Shown here piece after piece: positions 1 to 9,055 of a stretch of 38,873 nt of DNA (the stretch's first letter is position 1; every line of letters starts with the position of its first letter). This DNA comes from a virus. Its lineage: Duplodnaviria > Heunggongvirae > Uroviricota > Caudoviricetes. The notes under the pieces are model-generated. The model was not told where the DNA came from, did no database searches, and was given only the letters and a program-made list of their open reading frames with translations. Both the position numbers and the translations under genes were made by a program. The DNA lies in IMG/VR virus record IMGVR_UViG_2734482567_000007; one strand, written 5' to 3'.

Positions 1-83
1 TGATGGCAAAGTGTTCCTTACACAGGCGCAGCTGGCGATGCTGCTGGAAGGTATCGACTGGCGACATATAACCAGGTGAATCA

Positions 84-239
84 TTTGATACCGACAAGGG
101 GTTTAGTGAAAGGAGGTGAAATCACCTGTAAGATACTGAAATAAAACAGGTGATGGCTAGATGTGCGGATAAGGTCTATTTGATACCGATTGTGCAATAA
201 TTAGTCATTTATTATAAAATCGGCAACTCATTTGATACT
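84..239 (+). repeat. Left-end transposase-binding-type repeats (3 copies of TTTGATAC[C/T]G at 84-93, 179-188, 231-239)
   Basis: Three same-orientation copies in the ~230 bp outside the repressor gene; the same motif recurs at the other phage end; Mu-type ends carry multiple A-binding sites (established knowledge). Confidence 0.6.
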
Positions 240-298
240 GTGGTTTTAGTCTTTTAAGGCGTTCCAAACAATGCGAAATACTCGATATAGTGCAAAAT

Positions 299-327
299 GC
301 GGGCTAATGCTATTAACCCGCTTTTGG
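299..327. terminator. Bidirectional intrinsic terminator at 3' end of repressor gene
   Basis: GCGGG-13 nt loop-CCCGC hairpin flanked by AAAAT upstream and TTTTGG downstream; overlaps the last codons and stop of the minus-strand repressor ORF. Confidence 0.5.
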
Positions 328-858
328 TTCTACCGCGTTAGATTTGCGACTTCTCTCAGTTTCTTCCAAAATCTCTCTGACGCGTTCGTCAGACATACCT
401 TCAAGCTGTAATGCAGCTATTCTTTTCCTTCCTTCTAAGCGGATTAGATCTTGATTTTCAGGCTCTAACAACCGAGCTAAGTACTTGGCTCCATTCAGAA
501 CCAAATTTTTCGATAGCTGCTCTAAGTCTTTTTCATCAAGTGCGCTGATAATCGTCATAATTATCTTCTTGCTTTCATCTTGATTTTCCTTGATCTCACA
601 CCGATTCACTTGTGATGCATCACTGAATCCACATAGCCACTCAACACTTACTCCTTCGATAGACGCAATCTGAAGGGCGACACTTAAGGATGGCTCAGTG
701 CCACGAGACAGATAATTGTTTAGTGTTGAAAATGAAAGCCCCCAATCTCTTGCTGCAGCTCTGACGCTGCGGGAGCCAATCAGCCTTTTCAGACGCTCAG
801 CAATGCTTTCTTTTCTACCACCAGGAAAAGAAAGAGATGTTGTTGTTTGCTTGTTCAT
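313..858 (-). CDS. Prophage repressor, XRE/Cro-CI-type helix-turn-helix
   Basis: 181 aa, leftmost gene transcribed away from ner-A-B as in Mu; N-terminal HTH-like segment (SIAERLKRLIGSRSVRAAARDWGLSFSTLNNYL); ATG at 856-858. Confidence 0.7.
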   Translation of the reverse strand: MNKQTTTSLSFPGGRKESIAERLKRLIGSRSVRAAARDWGLSFSTLNNYLSRGTEPSLSVALQIASIEGVSVEWLCGFSDASQVNRCEIKENQDESKKIIMTIISALDEKDLEQLSKNLVLNGAKYLARLLEPENQDLIRLEGRKRIAALQLEGMSDERVREILEETERSRKSNAVEPKAG

Positions 859-1043
859 TTTCTTTTCTTCCTATCAATTTGAAATTATTAACTTTTAGTG
901 TTGTCAGCAACCATTGATCCACAATAGACAAAAGAAAGATGTTTTTTTTGCTTTACATGAAGCAGAAGTGGATCAATACTTATATCAAACTTGATAACTA
1001 AGTTTAGTTATCAAATTTCGTAACTTTTTAGGATAGATGAATC
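859..1043. promoter_or_regulatory. Divergent early promoter/operator region between repressor and ner
   Basis: Noncoding 185 bp between divergent genes; near-perfect palindrome TTGATAACTAAGTTTAGTTATCAA (991-1014); inverted pair ATTGATCCAC (913-922) / GTGGATCAAT (969-978); multiple TTGAT(A/C) half-sites. Confidence 0.55.
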
Positions 1044-1274
1044 ATGGCGAGAAATGAAGTTAAGCCTGATTGGCATCCTCAAAGAATTTTGGGGGAAGTC
1101 AGAGCCAGAGAAGGAAGCATGAGGGCGCTGGCCCGTAAAGCTGGCGTGGGTCAGAACAATCTGTACAACGCGGTATACCGCCATGTTCCCAAGTATGAGG
1201 GGATTATCGCGGAATGCCTGGGGGTGCCGCCCGAGGAGATTTGGCCCAGCCGCTACATTCGTAAGGTCGCGTAA
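1044..1274 (+). CDS. ner: Ner-like DNA-binding early regulator
   Basis: 76 aa; DWH...ALAR...IWPSRY signature resembling Mu Ner; position immediately upstream of transposase. Confidence 0.8.
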   Translation: MARNEVKPDWHPQRILGEVRAREGSMRALARKAGVGQNNLYNAVYRHVPKYEGIIAECLGVPPEEIWPSRYIRKVA

Positions 1275-1276
1275 TT

Positions 1277-3364
1277 ATGTTTGCTTCAGTTAAAGAACTG
1301 GTTGGATTACCGGGGATGCCGGGAACGGAGCAAGGCGTTCGCTATTCAATCAGGAAGTATGCAACCAGCGAAACCAGCAGACGCCGCAAGAAAGGCGCTA
1401 AAGGTTTTGAATACAGCATTGACTGTTTACCTGAAGTGACACAGCAGGCATTACGCGAACGTTATGCCCTGCAACTGATGACGCAAAAAGCCGATGAATC
1501 ACCGGCTCCGGTGGTGACAAAGGCCAGACGCTCGTCTGCCGTGGTTGATGCGGTGGAGGCATATCGCGGATCACCACAACTGATGGTCGAACGCCTCAAT
1601 GCCCTGACTGAAAACCAGCGCCAGGTGGCAGACGCACGCATTGCGATCGTCAGTGAGGTGCTGAAATTCACGCAACAACCCGGTTTCAGCTGCGCTAAAG
1701 CTATCCGGTTCCTCGTTAACAGCCTGGCACGATCACAACTGGACGAGCGCATTGTGGCAATGGTTGAGACGGCGAACGCCAAAAAGGGAAACAGCCGCGC
1801 GTTGAGTGAAATCACGCTGAAACGCTGGATTGCGGCCTTTAACAAGGCACAGAACGCCGCTGAACGCCTGCTTTTACTGGCACCGGGTAAACGCCAGGAA
1901 ATAAAAGCCGAAGATATTAACTGGCTGCCCGAATTTCTGGCGCAGTATCGCCAGTCAAACGGCCGACCAATGACCGAGGCTTACGAGGATTTTGTTGCTG
2001 AATGGCAGCACCGGCACGCTGATGAGCCTTATATGCTCGATATCATGCCCTCTTATGACACCATTCGCCGCGCAATGAAGAAACTGCCGGAAGTGGTGAA
2101 ACAAAAAGGCCGGGTAACTGGCAGTGAATACCGTCAGCTTGAGGGATTCACGCGCCGCGACTGGTCCAGAATGCCGGTGAATTATGTCTGGATTGGTGAC
2201 GGTCACGGCATGAAGCTGAAATGCGCGCACCCGGTTCACGGGCGGCCATTCGCACCGGAAGTGACCTTTGTTATCGACGGTGGCACGCGCTTTGTGGTGG
2301 GCTGGAGCCTTGACCTGGCTGAAAATGTTTTCGCCGTAGCCGGTGCCATACAGCACGGTATTCGCCATCATGGCAAACCGTTTCTGTATTACTCGGATAA
2401 TGGCTCCGGGGAAACCGCCGACGTCCTGGATAAGGAGATTGTGGGGATACTGCCACGACTGGGGATTAATCACCCGACAGGGATTGCCGGTAATCCGCAG
2501 GGACGGGGCATTATCGAACGGCTTAACCGCACATTACCGATGCGCATAGCCCGTAAATACCGCACCTATTTCGGGAAAGGAGCAGATCGCGAGACGTTAC
2601 GTAAAACCAACCGCGATTTACGCTCGGCATTCAGTGCCCTGCAACAGGGCAAACGGCTGAACGCCCGGCAGCAGTCAGCGATGCGTGATTTACCGTCCTG
2701 GTCTGAACTGATTGATGCCATTCGTGACGGTGTTGAGTGGTACAACAACCGGCCGCACGATGAATTACCCATGAAGCCGAACGGTAAACATTACAGCCCG
2801 GCGGAGTTCAGAAAAAAACGCCTGGCGGAAGAGGACACGGAAATTGAATGGCTGTCCGATGTTGAACTGCGGGATATGTTCCGGCCGATGGTGGAGCGCC
2901 CTGTAAGACGCTGTGAAATACGCTGGCTGAATAATATTTACTACGCGCCCGAGCTGCGTGACGAGCATGGCCGTAAGGTACTTATCAGCTATGACATTCA
3001 TGATGCCGAACGAATTACCGTGCGCCGCCCGGATGGCAGCGTGATTTGCGAGGCGGTATGGGACGGCAATAAACGCGAAGCCTTCCCTGTCAGCGCGGAA
3101 TACTACAAACAGCAGCAGCGCCTTAAAGGCATGCGTAAACGCGCAGAGGAAAAAATCCGTGATGCCGAGGATGAGGTTGTCAACGTGCTGGAGCACAAGC
3201 CGCAGGAGCCCTGGCTGGAAAACATATACCGCCCTGTGGGTAATACGGTGACCGTTCAGCAACCGGTCGCTGACGATGAACCTGATGAAGAATACGAGCG
3301 TAATTTCCAGCGGGGATTGCAACTGCTCGAAGCGAAATTAAAAGAAAGTGATCCGCTGGCCTGA
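1277..3364 (+). CDS. A: Mu-type DDE transposase (MuA homologue)
   Basis: 695 aa; position after ner; WIGDGHGMK and downstream acidic residues consistent with DDE core; size close to MuA. Confidence 0.85.
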   Translation: MFASVKELVGLPGMPGTEQGVRYSIRKYATSETSRRRKKGAKGFEYSIDCLPEVTQQALRERYALQLMTQKADESPAPVVTKARRSSAVVDAVEAYRGSPQLMVERLNALTENQRQVADARIAIVSEVLKFTQQPGFSCAKAIRFLVNSLARSQLDERIVAMVETANAKKGNSRALSEITLKRWIAAFNKAQNAAERLLLLAPGKRQEIKAEDINWLPEFLAQYRQSNGRPMTEAYEDFVAEWQHRHADEPYMLDIMPSYDTIRRAMKKLPEVVKQKGRVTGSEYRQLEGFTRRDWSRMPVNYVWIGDGHGMKLKCAHPVHGRPFAPEVTFVIDGGTRFVVGWSLDLAENVFAVAGAIQHGIRHHGKPFLYYSDNGSGETADVLDKEIVGILPRLGINHPTGIAGNPQGRGIIERLNRTLPMRIARKYRTYFGKGADRETLRKTNRDLRSAFSALQQGKRLNARQQSAMRDLPSWSELIDAIRDGVEWYNNRPHDELPMKPNGKHYSPAEFRKKRLAEEDTEIEWLSDVELRDMFRPMVERPVRRCEIRWLNNIYYAPELRDEHGRKVLISYDIHDAERITVRRPDGSVICEAVWDGNKREAFPVSAEYYKQQQRLKGMRKRAEEKIRDAEDEVVNVLEHKPQEPWLENIYRPVGNTVTVQQPVADDEPDEEYERNFQRGLQLLEAKLKESDPLA

Positions 3365-3437
3365 AATAAAAAAATAACCCGAGGGGTGACTCAGGTTATT
3401 TGAGGTTTCAGTCTCGGAGAATGCTGTCTCAAGCGAG

Positions 3438-4379
3438 GTGAATAATATGACCGATATTAACGATGTAATCAAGACCATTGATGAACTTATTGATGGCGGC
3501 GTACTGACGCAGTATGCCATCGCCAGAGAGGCGGGAATTTCCGACGGCACATTATCGGCTTTCCGTAAGGGAAAATATAAAGGCGATAACGCTGCTGTGG
3601 CTGCTTCCCTGCGCTCCTGGTATGAGAACTGGAATAAACAAAGCGCACTGCCGGAACCGCCGCAGTTTGTGGAAACTCAGACAGTCCAGGAGCTGCGCGC
3701 ACTGTTTCAGGCGGTTCGCCTGATGGGCTGTATTAACGTTATTGTGGGCGTACCGGGTGTGGGTAAAACGGCCACTGCCCGTAATTACTGCCAGGAGCAA
3801 CCAAACACCTGGATGATCACCCTGTCACCCGCGCACTCCAGCGTCACGGAGTGTCTGCTGGAGCTGGCCGATGCGCTGGGGATTGATTACACCCGCGCGA
3901 ACAAAGGGGCATTATCCCGCGCCATCCGCCGTCGCCTGATGGGAACGCGTGGACTGGTGATTGTGGATGAGGCGGATCATCTTGGTATTGACGGTCTGGA
4001 GCAACTCCGGGCAATTCAGGACGCCACGGGGATCGGGATGGTGCTTATTGGTAACCCGCGCGGATTGTTTAAAGGTGGACGCCGCGCCTTTGATGATTTA
4101 TCGCGCCTGTTCAGCCGTCTTGCCCGTACAAAACAACTTCGCAAGGCCAAAAAGGCGGATGTGCTGGCCATTGCCATGGCGTGGGGGATCAGTGGTGAGG
4201 CCGAGCTGGCCGTCATGCAGGCTATCGCTGAAAAGCCGGGAGCGTTACGCGTTCTGACACATACGCTTAACCAGGCGTGGCTCACCGCCAGCGGTGAAGG
4301 CGCGGCGCTGACAGAAAAACATATTAATGCGGCCTTTAAAGAGGTTTATACCAACCCTGAATTACTCTCACAGGTGTGA
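3438..4379 (+). CDS. B: Transposition ATPase (MuB homologue, AAA+)
   Basis: 313 aa; Walker A GVPGVGKT, Walker B VIVDEAD; directly downstream of A. Confidence 0.85.
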   Translation: MNNMTDINDVIKTIDELIDGGVLTQYAIAREAGISDGTLSAFRKGKYKGDNAAVAASLRSWYENWNKQSALPEPPQFVETQTVQELRALFQAVRLMGCINVIVGVPGVGKTATARNYCQEQPNTWMITLSPAHSSVTECLLELADALGIDYTRANKGALSRAIRRRLMGTRGLVIVDEADHLGIDGLEQLRAIQDATGIGMVLIGNPRGLFKGGRRAFDDLSRLFSRLARTKQLRKAKKADVLAIAMAWGISGEAELAVMQAIAEKPGALRVLTHTLNQAWLTASGEGAALTEKHINAAFKEVYTNPELLSQV

Positions 4380-4603
4380 TTATGGCGGTATTTAATATTC
4401 CTGATATTTACGGACGCTTTTACCTGGTTAATTTCGATAACGTGAAGGTGATTTCACTGGCCGAAAATAAAGAATGTGGCGATTTACTTTTTGAATTTAA
4501 TGACCGCACACGAATGGTGATATCTGCCGGACTTGATCGCGAAGGTGCGACAGAAGTTTACAGCGGAATATGCCGTTCTGTTGGTGCGAAACAAGTCAGC
4601 TAA
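4376..4603 (+). CDS. Small early protein (Kil position by synteny only)
   Basis: 75 aa ORF, ATGA overlap with B stop; function not recognisable from sequence. Confidence 0.4.
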   Translation: MIMAVFNIPDIYGRFYLVNFDNVKVISLAENKECGDLLFEFNDRTRMVISAGLDREGATEVYSGICRSVGAKQVS

Positions 4604-4870
4604 ATGAGGTGTTATATGAATATGCAATCCTGCGGTAACAAAATGAATTTATTCGACTCCCTGAACAGCGCGCGCCGTCTGACCGAACTTGCCGGTGCGG
4701 TACTGGAACGCAGTAAGCGCTATCCGCAACGTTTTGCACTGAAAACCACGCCGCCGGTAGGCAACGTGCAGGGAACCGGTGAAATTGAAATCACCATACA
4801 GACCAACGGCCTGCGCCGCCGTGTGAAGGCCACCCGCATCAGCGGCTGCACGGTTTACTGGGAGGTGTGA
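4604..4870 (+). CDS. Hypothetical early protein
   Basis: 88 aa ORF in tightly packed early operon; start uncertain. Confidence 0.35.
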   Translation: MRCYMNMQSCGNKMNLFDSLNSARRLTELAGAVLERSKRYPQRFALKTTPPVGNVQGTGEIEITIQTNGLRRRVKATRISGCTVYWEV

Positions 4871-4871
4871 G

Positions 4872-5153
4872 GTGAAAAAAAATCTCATTGCATGGGCGTG
4901 GTCGAGTGGTCTTATTGAGTTTGGTTACGTCCTGCCGGAAGGTGCATTGCCGATAGTTGCCGGAAAGCCTGCCACGGTACGGCATGTGATTGAGGTTATG
5001 GCGCGTCATGGACGTGATGAACAGGAGCAGTTACTGGTTCCGGGGATACCGGAAGCGGTGACGGAGGAAGAAGCCTTTAATGCCATGATTCGGTTCTGCC
5101 GTGAGGTTAGACGCCGGGTCAGTTATCCAAACAGAACGAGGACCAGAGGATGA
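4872..5153 (+). CDS. Hypothetical early protein (GTG start)
   Basis: 93 aa ORF; contiguous packing with neighbours. Confidence 0.35.
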   Translation: MKKNLIAWAWSSGLIEFGYVLPEGALPIVAGKPATVRHVIEVMARHGRDEQEQLLVPGIPEAVTEEEAFNAMIRFCREVRRRVSYPNRTRTRG

Positions 5154-5422
5154 GTAAAGTCGTACGCATTATTTTCGAATACAAGGAAGATGTTATCTGC
5201 AAAAACTCTGATGGCAGCACGCACAGAGGGGTAAGTCTGGATATACGTTCAACCGGAATAAAGAAGAAAGATAATGGACCCGCCATGATTTTTGGGGTGG
5301 TTATGCTGGCAGAAAGCAGAAACTTCGCAGAGTTTGTGGCAATGAAAGCCAGTGCATTCATGAAAGACAGAGGCATGGCTTCCGGGGTTATTAACGGTAA
5401 TGAATTTAATCAACAGGGGTAA
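5150..5422 (+). CDS. Hypothetical early protein, paralogue 1
   Basis: 90 aa; N-terminus MSKVVRIIFEY shared with next gene; overlapping stop/start packing. Confidence 0.45.
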   Translation: MSKVVRIIFEYKEDVICKNSDGSTHRGVSLDIRSTGIKKKDNGPAMIFGVVMLAESRNFAEFVAMKASAFMKDRGMASGVINGNEFNQQG

Positions 5423-5426
5423 TTCC

Positions 5427-5720
5427 ATGAGCAAAGTACGCGTTATTTTTGAATTTAATCATGTTTCGCATGACGAAAAGTTGGCAGGCAATGACTGTGT
5501 TGAAGTGCATGAAAAGATTGGAGTGGATGTGAAAACAGAACGTGATACGGATAACAGGCCGACGTCACTCTGTGACGTTTATGCAAGTATTCTCCAGTAT
5601 CACAGTCCTGCAATTATTCAGTTTCTCTCAGCGGAATTTCAGGCATCTGCACAGTCTTTTGGAGCGGATGCCATCATTAAACGCCACCGCGTGCATAAAG
5701 CATCAGGCACACTGCAATAA
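5427..5720 (+). CDS. Hypothetical early protein, paralogue 2
   Basis: ATG at 5427 with AGGGG 7 nt upstream; N-terminus MSKVRVIFEF paralogous to preceding gene. Confidence 0.45.
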   Translation: MSKVRVIFEFNHVSHDEKLAGNDCVEVHEKIGVDVKTERDTDNRPTSLCDVYASILQYHSPAIIQFLSAEFQASAQSFGADAIIKRHRVHKASGTLQ

Positions 5721-5731
5721 GGAAAAACAAA

Positions 5732-6262
5732 ATGGCTAAACGCGTTACAAAATTAAAGGCCGCAGCCGAGGCGGCACCGCAGACCCGGGAAGAAGTCAGC
5801 CGTGATATCCGCACCCTGGGAGATATTCAGCGAGAGGCGCTGCGCCTGGAAACGGCGATGAATGACGAAGTGGCAGAAATCACCGCCCGTTATACGCCGC
5901 AGATTGAAAATCTTAAAAAGCAAATCAAAGTGCTTTTTAAAGGGATTCAGGACTGGTGCAAAACCAACCGTGATGAGCTGACGAACGGCGGCAAAACCAA
6001 AACAGCCAATCTGACCACCGGAACGGTGTCATGGCGGCTGGGAACGCCATCATGCAGCGTCAGCCGTGATGTGGAAGGTGTGATTGAAATGCTGCGCCGT
6101 ATGGGGCTTGAGCGTTTCATCCGCACGAAAGAGGAAGTGAACAAGGAAGCCGTCCTGGCGGAGCCGGATGCTGTGAAAGGCATTGCCGGTATCAAGGTGA
6201 ATAAAGGCGCTGAAAGTTTTTATGTCGAGCCTTTTGAACAGGACGCCGGACTGAATAAATAA
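5732..6262 (+). CDS. gam: Gam host-nuclease inhibitor (Mu Gam family)
   Basis: 176 aa; strong resemblance to Mu Gam along the length (RLE...EITA..., CKTNRDELTNGGKTKTANLTTGTVSWR, ERFIRTKEEVNKEA). Confidence 0.85.
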   Translation: MAKRVTKLKAAAEAAPQTREEVSRDIRTLGDIQREALRLETAMNDEVAEITARYTPQIENLKKQIKVLFKGIQDWCKTNRDELTNGGKTKTANLTTGTVSWRLGTPSCSVSRDVEGVIEMLRRMGLERFIRTKEEVNKEAVLAEPDAVKGIAGIKVNKGAESFYVEPFEQDAGLNK

Positions 6263-6407
6263 CACCGCATTAATCAATTAAATATCACTTCATTTTAATT
6301 ATGGCGCTCGCGTCAGGGGACTGCTTGCGCCTGAAAACAGAAAATAAGGGTTAAGAAATATGAAATACGTTTATATCGTCATTAATAATGTGGTGGGGAA
6401 ATAAATC

Positions 6408-6941
6408 ATGATTGATGCAAAAGTGCTTGAAGGGGTTAAAAACTGGCTGTGTATTTATGGCCGCCTGACCTGCGGTGTACTGGCTGAAAAAATGAATATG
6501 CCGCCATCCTCCATGGTTTATTTTCTGCGTGATGCGGTTGATGCAGGCGTGCTGACGGAATGTAACGGTTTTTATGATATTCCGCGTCCCCGCCCGGTGC
6601 AGCCGGTTCGTCGCAAATGCAGCCAGGAATCTGCGGCTGATGATGTTCAGTGGTGCGGCTTCAGAAAATCCCTGCCATGGATTGAGGGGCATGATATTCC
6701 GTCGATGGCGTGGGAATTTGCTCAGGGCGTTCTGACCTGTGAAACCGTTTATGTGGTGGCTGAAGTTGATGAGCAGGCCATGAAAGAAGGCGTGCCCCAG
6801 TTTGTGATGGCGTATATCGACATACGCCTGGGCGTCATTATCTGCGGTTTAAGCGGCTGGAATATCACTGAACATGTTCTGCGCTACCTGATTGTTGACC
6901 GGACAGCAGCGCCTGCCGGGATATCTGCGGAGGTGGCGTAA
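6408..6941 (+). CDS. Hypothetical early accessory protein
   Basis: 177 aa ORF after 145-bp intergenic gap; no recognisable motif. Confidence 0.4.
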   Translation: MIDAKVLEGVKNWLCIYGRLTCGVLAEKMNMPPSSMVYFLRDAVDAGVLTECNGFYDIPRPRPVQPVRRKCSQESAADDVQWCGFRKSLPWIEGHDIPSMAWEFAQGVLTCETVYVVAEVDEQAMKEGVPQFVMAYIDIRLGVIICGLSGWNITEHVLRYLIVDRTAAPAGISAEVA

Positions 6942-7456
6942 TGTTCTTTAAAACATCAAACCCTTCCGCGCTGGCTGCGTGGCAAAAATACCAGCAGGAC
7001 TGCCAGAAAGTTAAGGATGAGGCAAAACGCCTTGAGGCCGTGCTGAATGTTGCGTGCCGGTCGGTATTTGTATCCGGTATCAGTGGATTTTACTTTAAGG
7101 GACTGCGTTTTACGGAGGACAAATATCCTTTTCATCGCGACTTATGGCGAAAACCGACTGCGTCGAATGGCTGGAGCTGCACACCGCGCACATCACGTAT
7201 CCCTAAAACCCTGCGTGTTGCCTCTGATGAACTGAACAGTCTGTGGCGTGAATATTCGCCCGTCACGTATGCCAGAACCGATGCGCTGTTGTTCTGGTTG
7301 GGTATTGATTTCTCGGCAATCCTGTTTGGCCCTGTGAAGTGGTTCTGCGTTGACGATGTGATTTACCTTCAGTGCGGCGTAAAACCCGCAAAACAGAAAA
7401 TGACCGAAATACTGTCTGATGAGTTTTATGCTGCTGAAAAGCGAGTCAGGGGGTGA
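6941..7456 (+). CDS. Hypothetical early accessory protein
   Basis: 171 aa ORF, start overlaps previous stop. Confidence 0.4.
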   Translation: MFFKTSNPSALAAWQKYQQDCQKVKDEAKRLEAVLNVACRSVFVSGISGFYFKGLRFTEDKYPFHRDLWRKPTASNGWSCTPRTSRIPKTLRVASDELNSLWREYSPVTYARTDALLFWLGIDFSAILFGPVKWFCVDDVIYLQCGVKPAKQKMTEILSDEFYAAEKRVRG

Positions 7457-7459
7457 TGC

Positions 7460-8011
7460 ATGATGAAATTACAACCCATGGGACTAAAAGGTCGCGCCCC
7501 CGCTCATGTCCGTCCGTGGACACCTGAAGAAGATGCGCTGCTGATTGCGCTTTATTCATCCACCCCGGTTAAGGATATTGCTGCCAGAATAAAAAGAACT
7601 GTCTGGGCTGTATATAACCGGACTGGTGTATTGCGCAGTTCATACCCGGAGTTACTGAAATATAAACACCCAAGATTTACACCTGATGAAGATAAGTTTA
7701 TTCGAAAAAATGCCAGAACAATGACCTGCCAGCAAATGGGAGAATATCTCGGACGTAATAAAGATTCTGTCAGATGTCGGGCAGGAATGATTGGTGCTGG
7801 ATTAACAAAGTGCGGAGAGTTACGCCCCGGCACGCGCATATCTGATGATGATGTACGTCTTATACGTGAGCTGCGTGATTCCGATTACCCACGCCGTCTG
7901 TCATTCCGGGAAATTGGCGAAAAGTTTGGAATATCTGAACATTCTGCTCACGCAGTTTATTACCGTCGCCGGACTGCCGAGGACGCTGTATTACGGGAGT
8001 TAACGCCATGA
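7460..8011 (+). CDS. Putative DNA-binding protein with Myb/SANT-like repeats
   Basis: 183 aa; repeated W/F-TP-[ED]ED motifs (WTPEEDALLIALY, FTPDEDKFIRKNA) and C-terminal HTH-like segment; locally AT-rich. Confidence 0.4.
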   Translation: MMKLQPMGLKGRAPAHVRPWTPEEDALLIALYSSTPVKDIAARIKRTVWAVYNRTGVLRSSYPELLKYKHPRFTPDEDKFIRKNARTMTCQQMGEYLGRNKDSVRCRAGMIGAGLTKCGELRPGTRISDDDVRLIRELRDSDYPRRLSFREIGEKFGISEHSAHAVYYRRRTAEDAVLRELTP

Positions 8012-8340
8012 TAACGACCTTATTTGTTGAATCAGATGAACCTCTTGTGTGTGCCGCCGGAATGCCGCTCTGTGGCGGAACGCTGACCGGCGTTTATTTC
8101 GGGGATTTGCGCGGTTATCCCTGGCATTCACTGGATGACGCATTTCCGCCTGATATGGAGGCTGTCGTGCTGATTGTTCAGTATGGTGACCAACAGGAAC
8201 TGCGCATCGGCCATATGGGGTATGAAGGCTTTTTTATTGATGAAGAAACCGGAGCCTGCCTTGAAGATGAGGACGGACAGGTGACGCACTGGTGCCATCT
8301 TTCGGCCTTGCCGGAATTACAGGGGATACATAATGGATGA
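8008..8340 (+). CDS. Hypothetical early accessory protein
   Basis: 110 aa ORF overlapping previous stop. Confidence 0.35.
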   Translation: MITTLFVESDEPLVCAAGMPLCGGTLTGVYFGDLRGYPWHSLDDAFPPDMEAVVLIVQYGDQQELRIGHMGYEGFFIDEETGACLEDEDGQVTHWCHLSALPELQGIHNG

Positions 8341-8476
8341 GCAAATTGTTGAATGTCCCACCTGTGGAAATGAGGACCCGGAGTATCTGAAAGAGTGCCC
8401 ACATTGTGGTGAGATAAAATGTAACCACTGCGATATGGGCGACGACACTGCATGTATAAATTGTGAGGATGAATAA
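8333..8476 (+). CDS. 47-aa C4 zinc-ribbon protein (not in supplied ORF track)
   Basis: ATG at 8333; MDEQIVECPTCGNEDPEYLKECPHCGEIKCNHCDMGDDTACINCEDE with CxxC pairs; tight packing with neighbours. Confidence 0.4.
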   Translation: MDEQIVECPTCGNEDPEYLKECPHCGEIKCNHCDMGDDTACINCEDE

Positions 8477-8477
8477 T

Positions 8478-8765
8478 ATGGAAAAAGAAATCAAATTTGC
8501 GCCTAAATCTATCGACGAAGAACTGGCTAAAATCGGCATGCTTGAACGTATGCGGGACATTATCGAATATGCGATAAAAGAAAATCTTGCAGCCAGAGAA
8601 GCCCTTTTGATAATGGAGCGGGAGATTAACCTGATTAAGGATGCTGTATCTCTGGATAATAAAATAGCCCGCGAGGAATACGTTCGCCGTAGGCTCGGTG
8701 TTGATGGTTCAGCAATTCTTACATCTGAACATTATGCAAAAATTTTTAATCTTTTTCAGCGGTAA
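8478..8765 (+). CDS. Hypothetical protein (AT-rich)
   Basis: ATG at 8478 with GAGGA 8 nt upstream; 95 aa; AT-rich codon usage unlike phage core. Confidence 0.4.
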   Translation: MEKEIKFAPKSIDEELAKIGMLERMRDIIEYAIKENLAAREALLIMEREINLIKDAVSLDNKIAREEYVRRRLGVDGSAILTSEHYAKIFNLFQR

Positions 8766-8985
8766 TCCCCATACAGGCCCGGAGATTGTCGAAATGCCAG
8801 TCGGTATTAATATATGAGCCATCCTGGATATCTTCTGCATTTTCCGGGGTAGAGTTTTTTTGAGCGAGATTGATAATATGTATTGCCTCCTCACGGGAAA
8901 TCAGCCCCTTATCGAACAGGGTTACCATAAGATTTCCAGCCATTGTGAATGCGGCAACATCAAGTGCATTTTTTATATCTGACAT
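8746..8985 (-). CDS. Hypothetical protein encoded antisense to the early operon
   Basis: 79 aa; strong RBS AAAAGGAAAAATCT before ATG; convergent with and overlapping 3' end of previous gene; AT-rich. Confidence 0.45.
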   Translation of the reverse strand: MSDIKNALDVAAFTMAGNLMVTLFDKGLISREEAIHIINLAQKNSTPENAEDIQDGSYINTDWHFDNLRACMGITAEKD

Positions 8986-9013
8986 AGATTTTTCCTTTTA
9001 TGTTAATTGACAT

Positions 9014-9041
9014 GGCGGTGCGGTAACACCGCCCATTTTTT
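9014..9041 (+). terminator. Intrinsic terminator-like hairpin upstream of gemA
   Basis: GGCGGTG-CGGTAA-CACCGCC perfect 7-bp stem followed by ATTTTTTAT. Confidence 0.5.
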
Positions 9042-9055
9042 ATGGAGCCACGATA

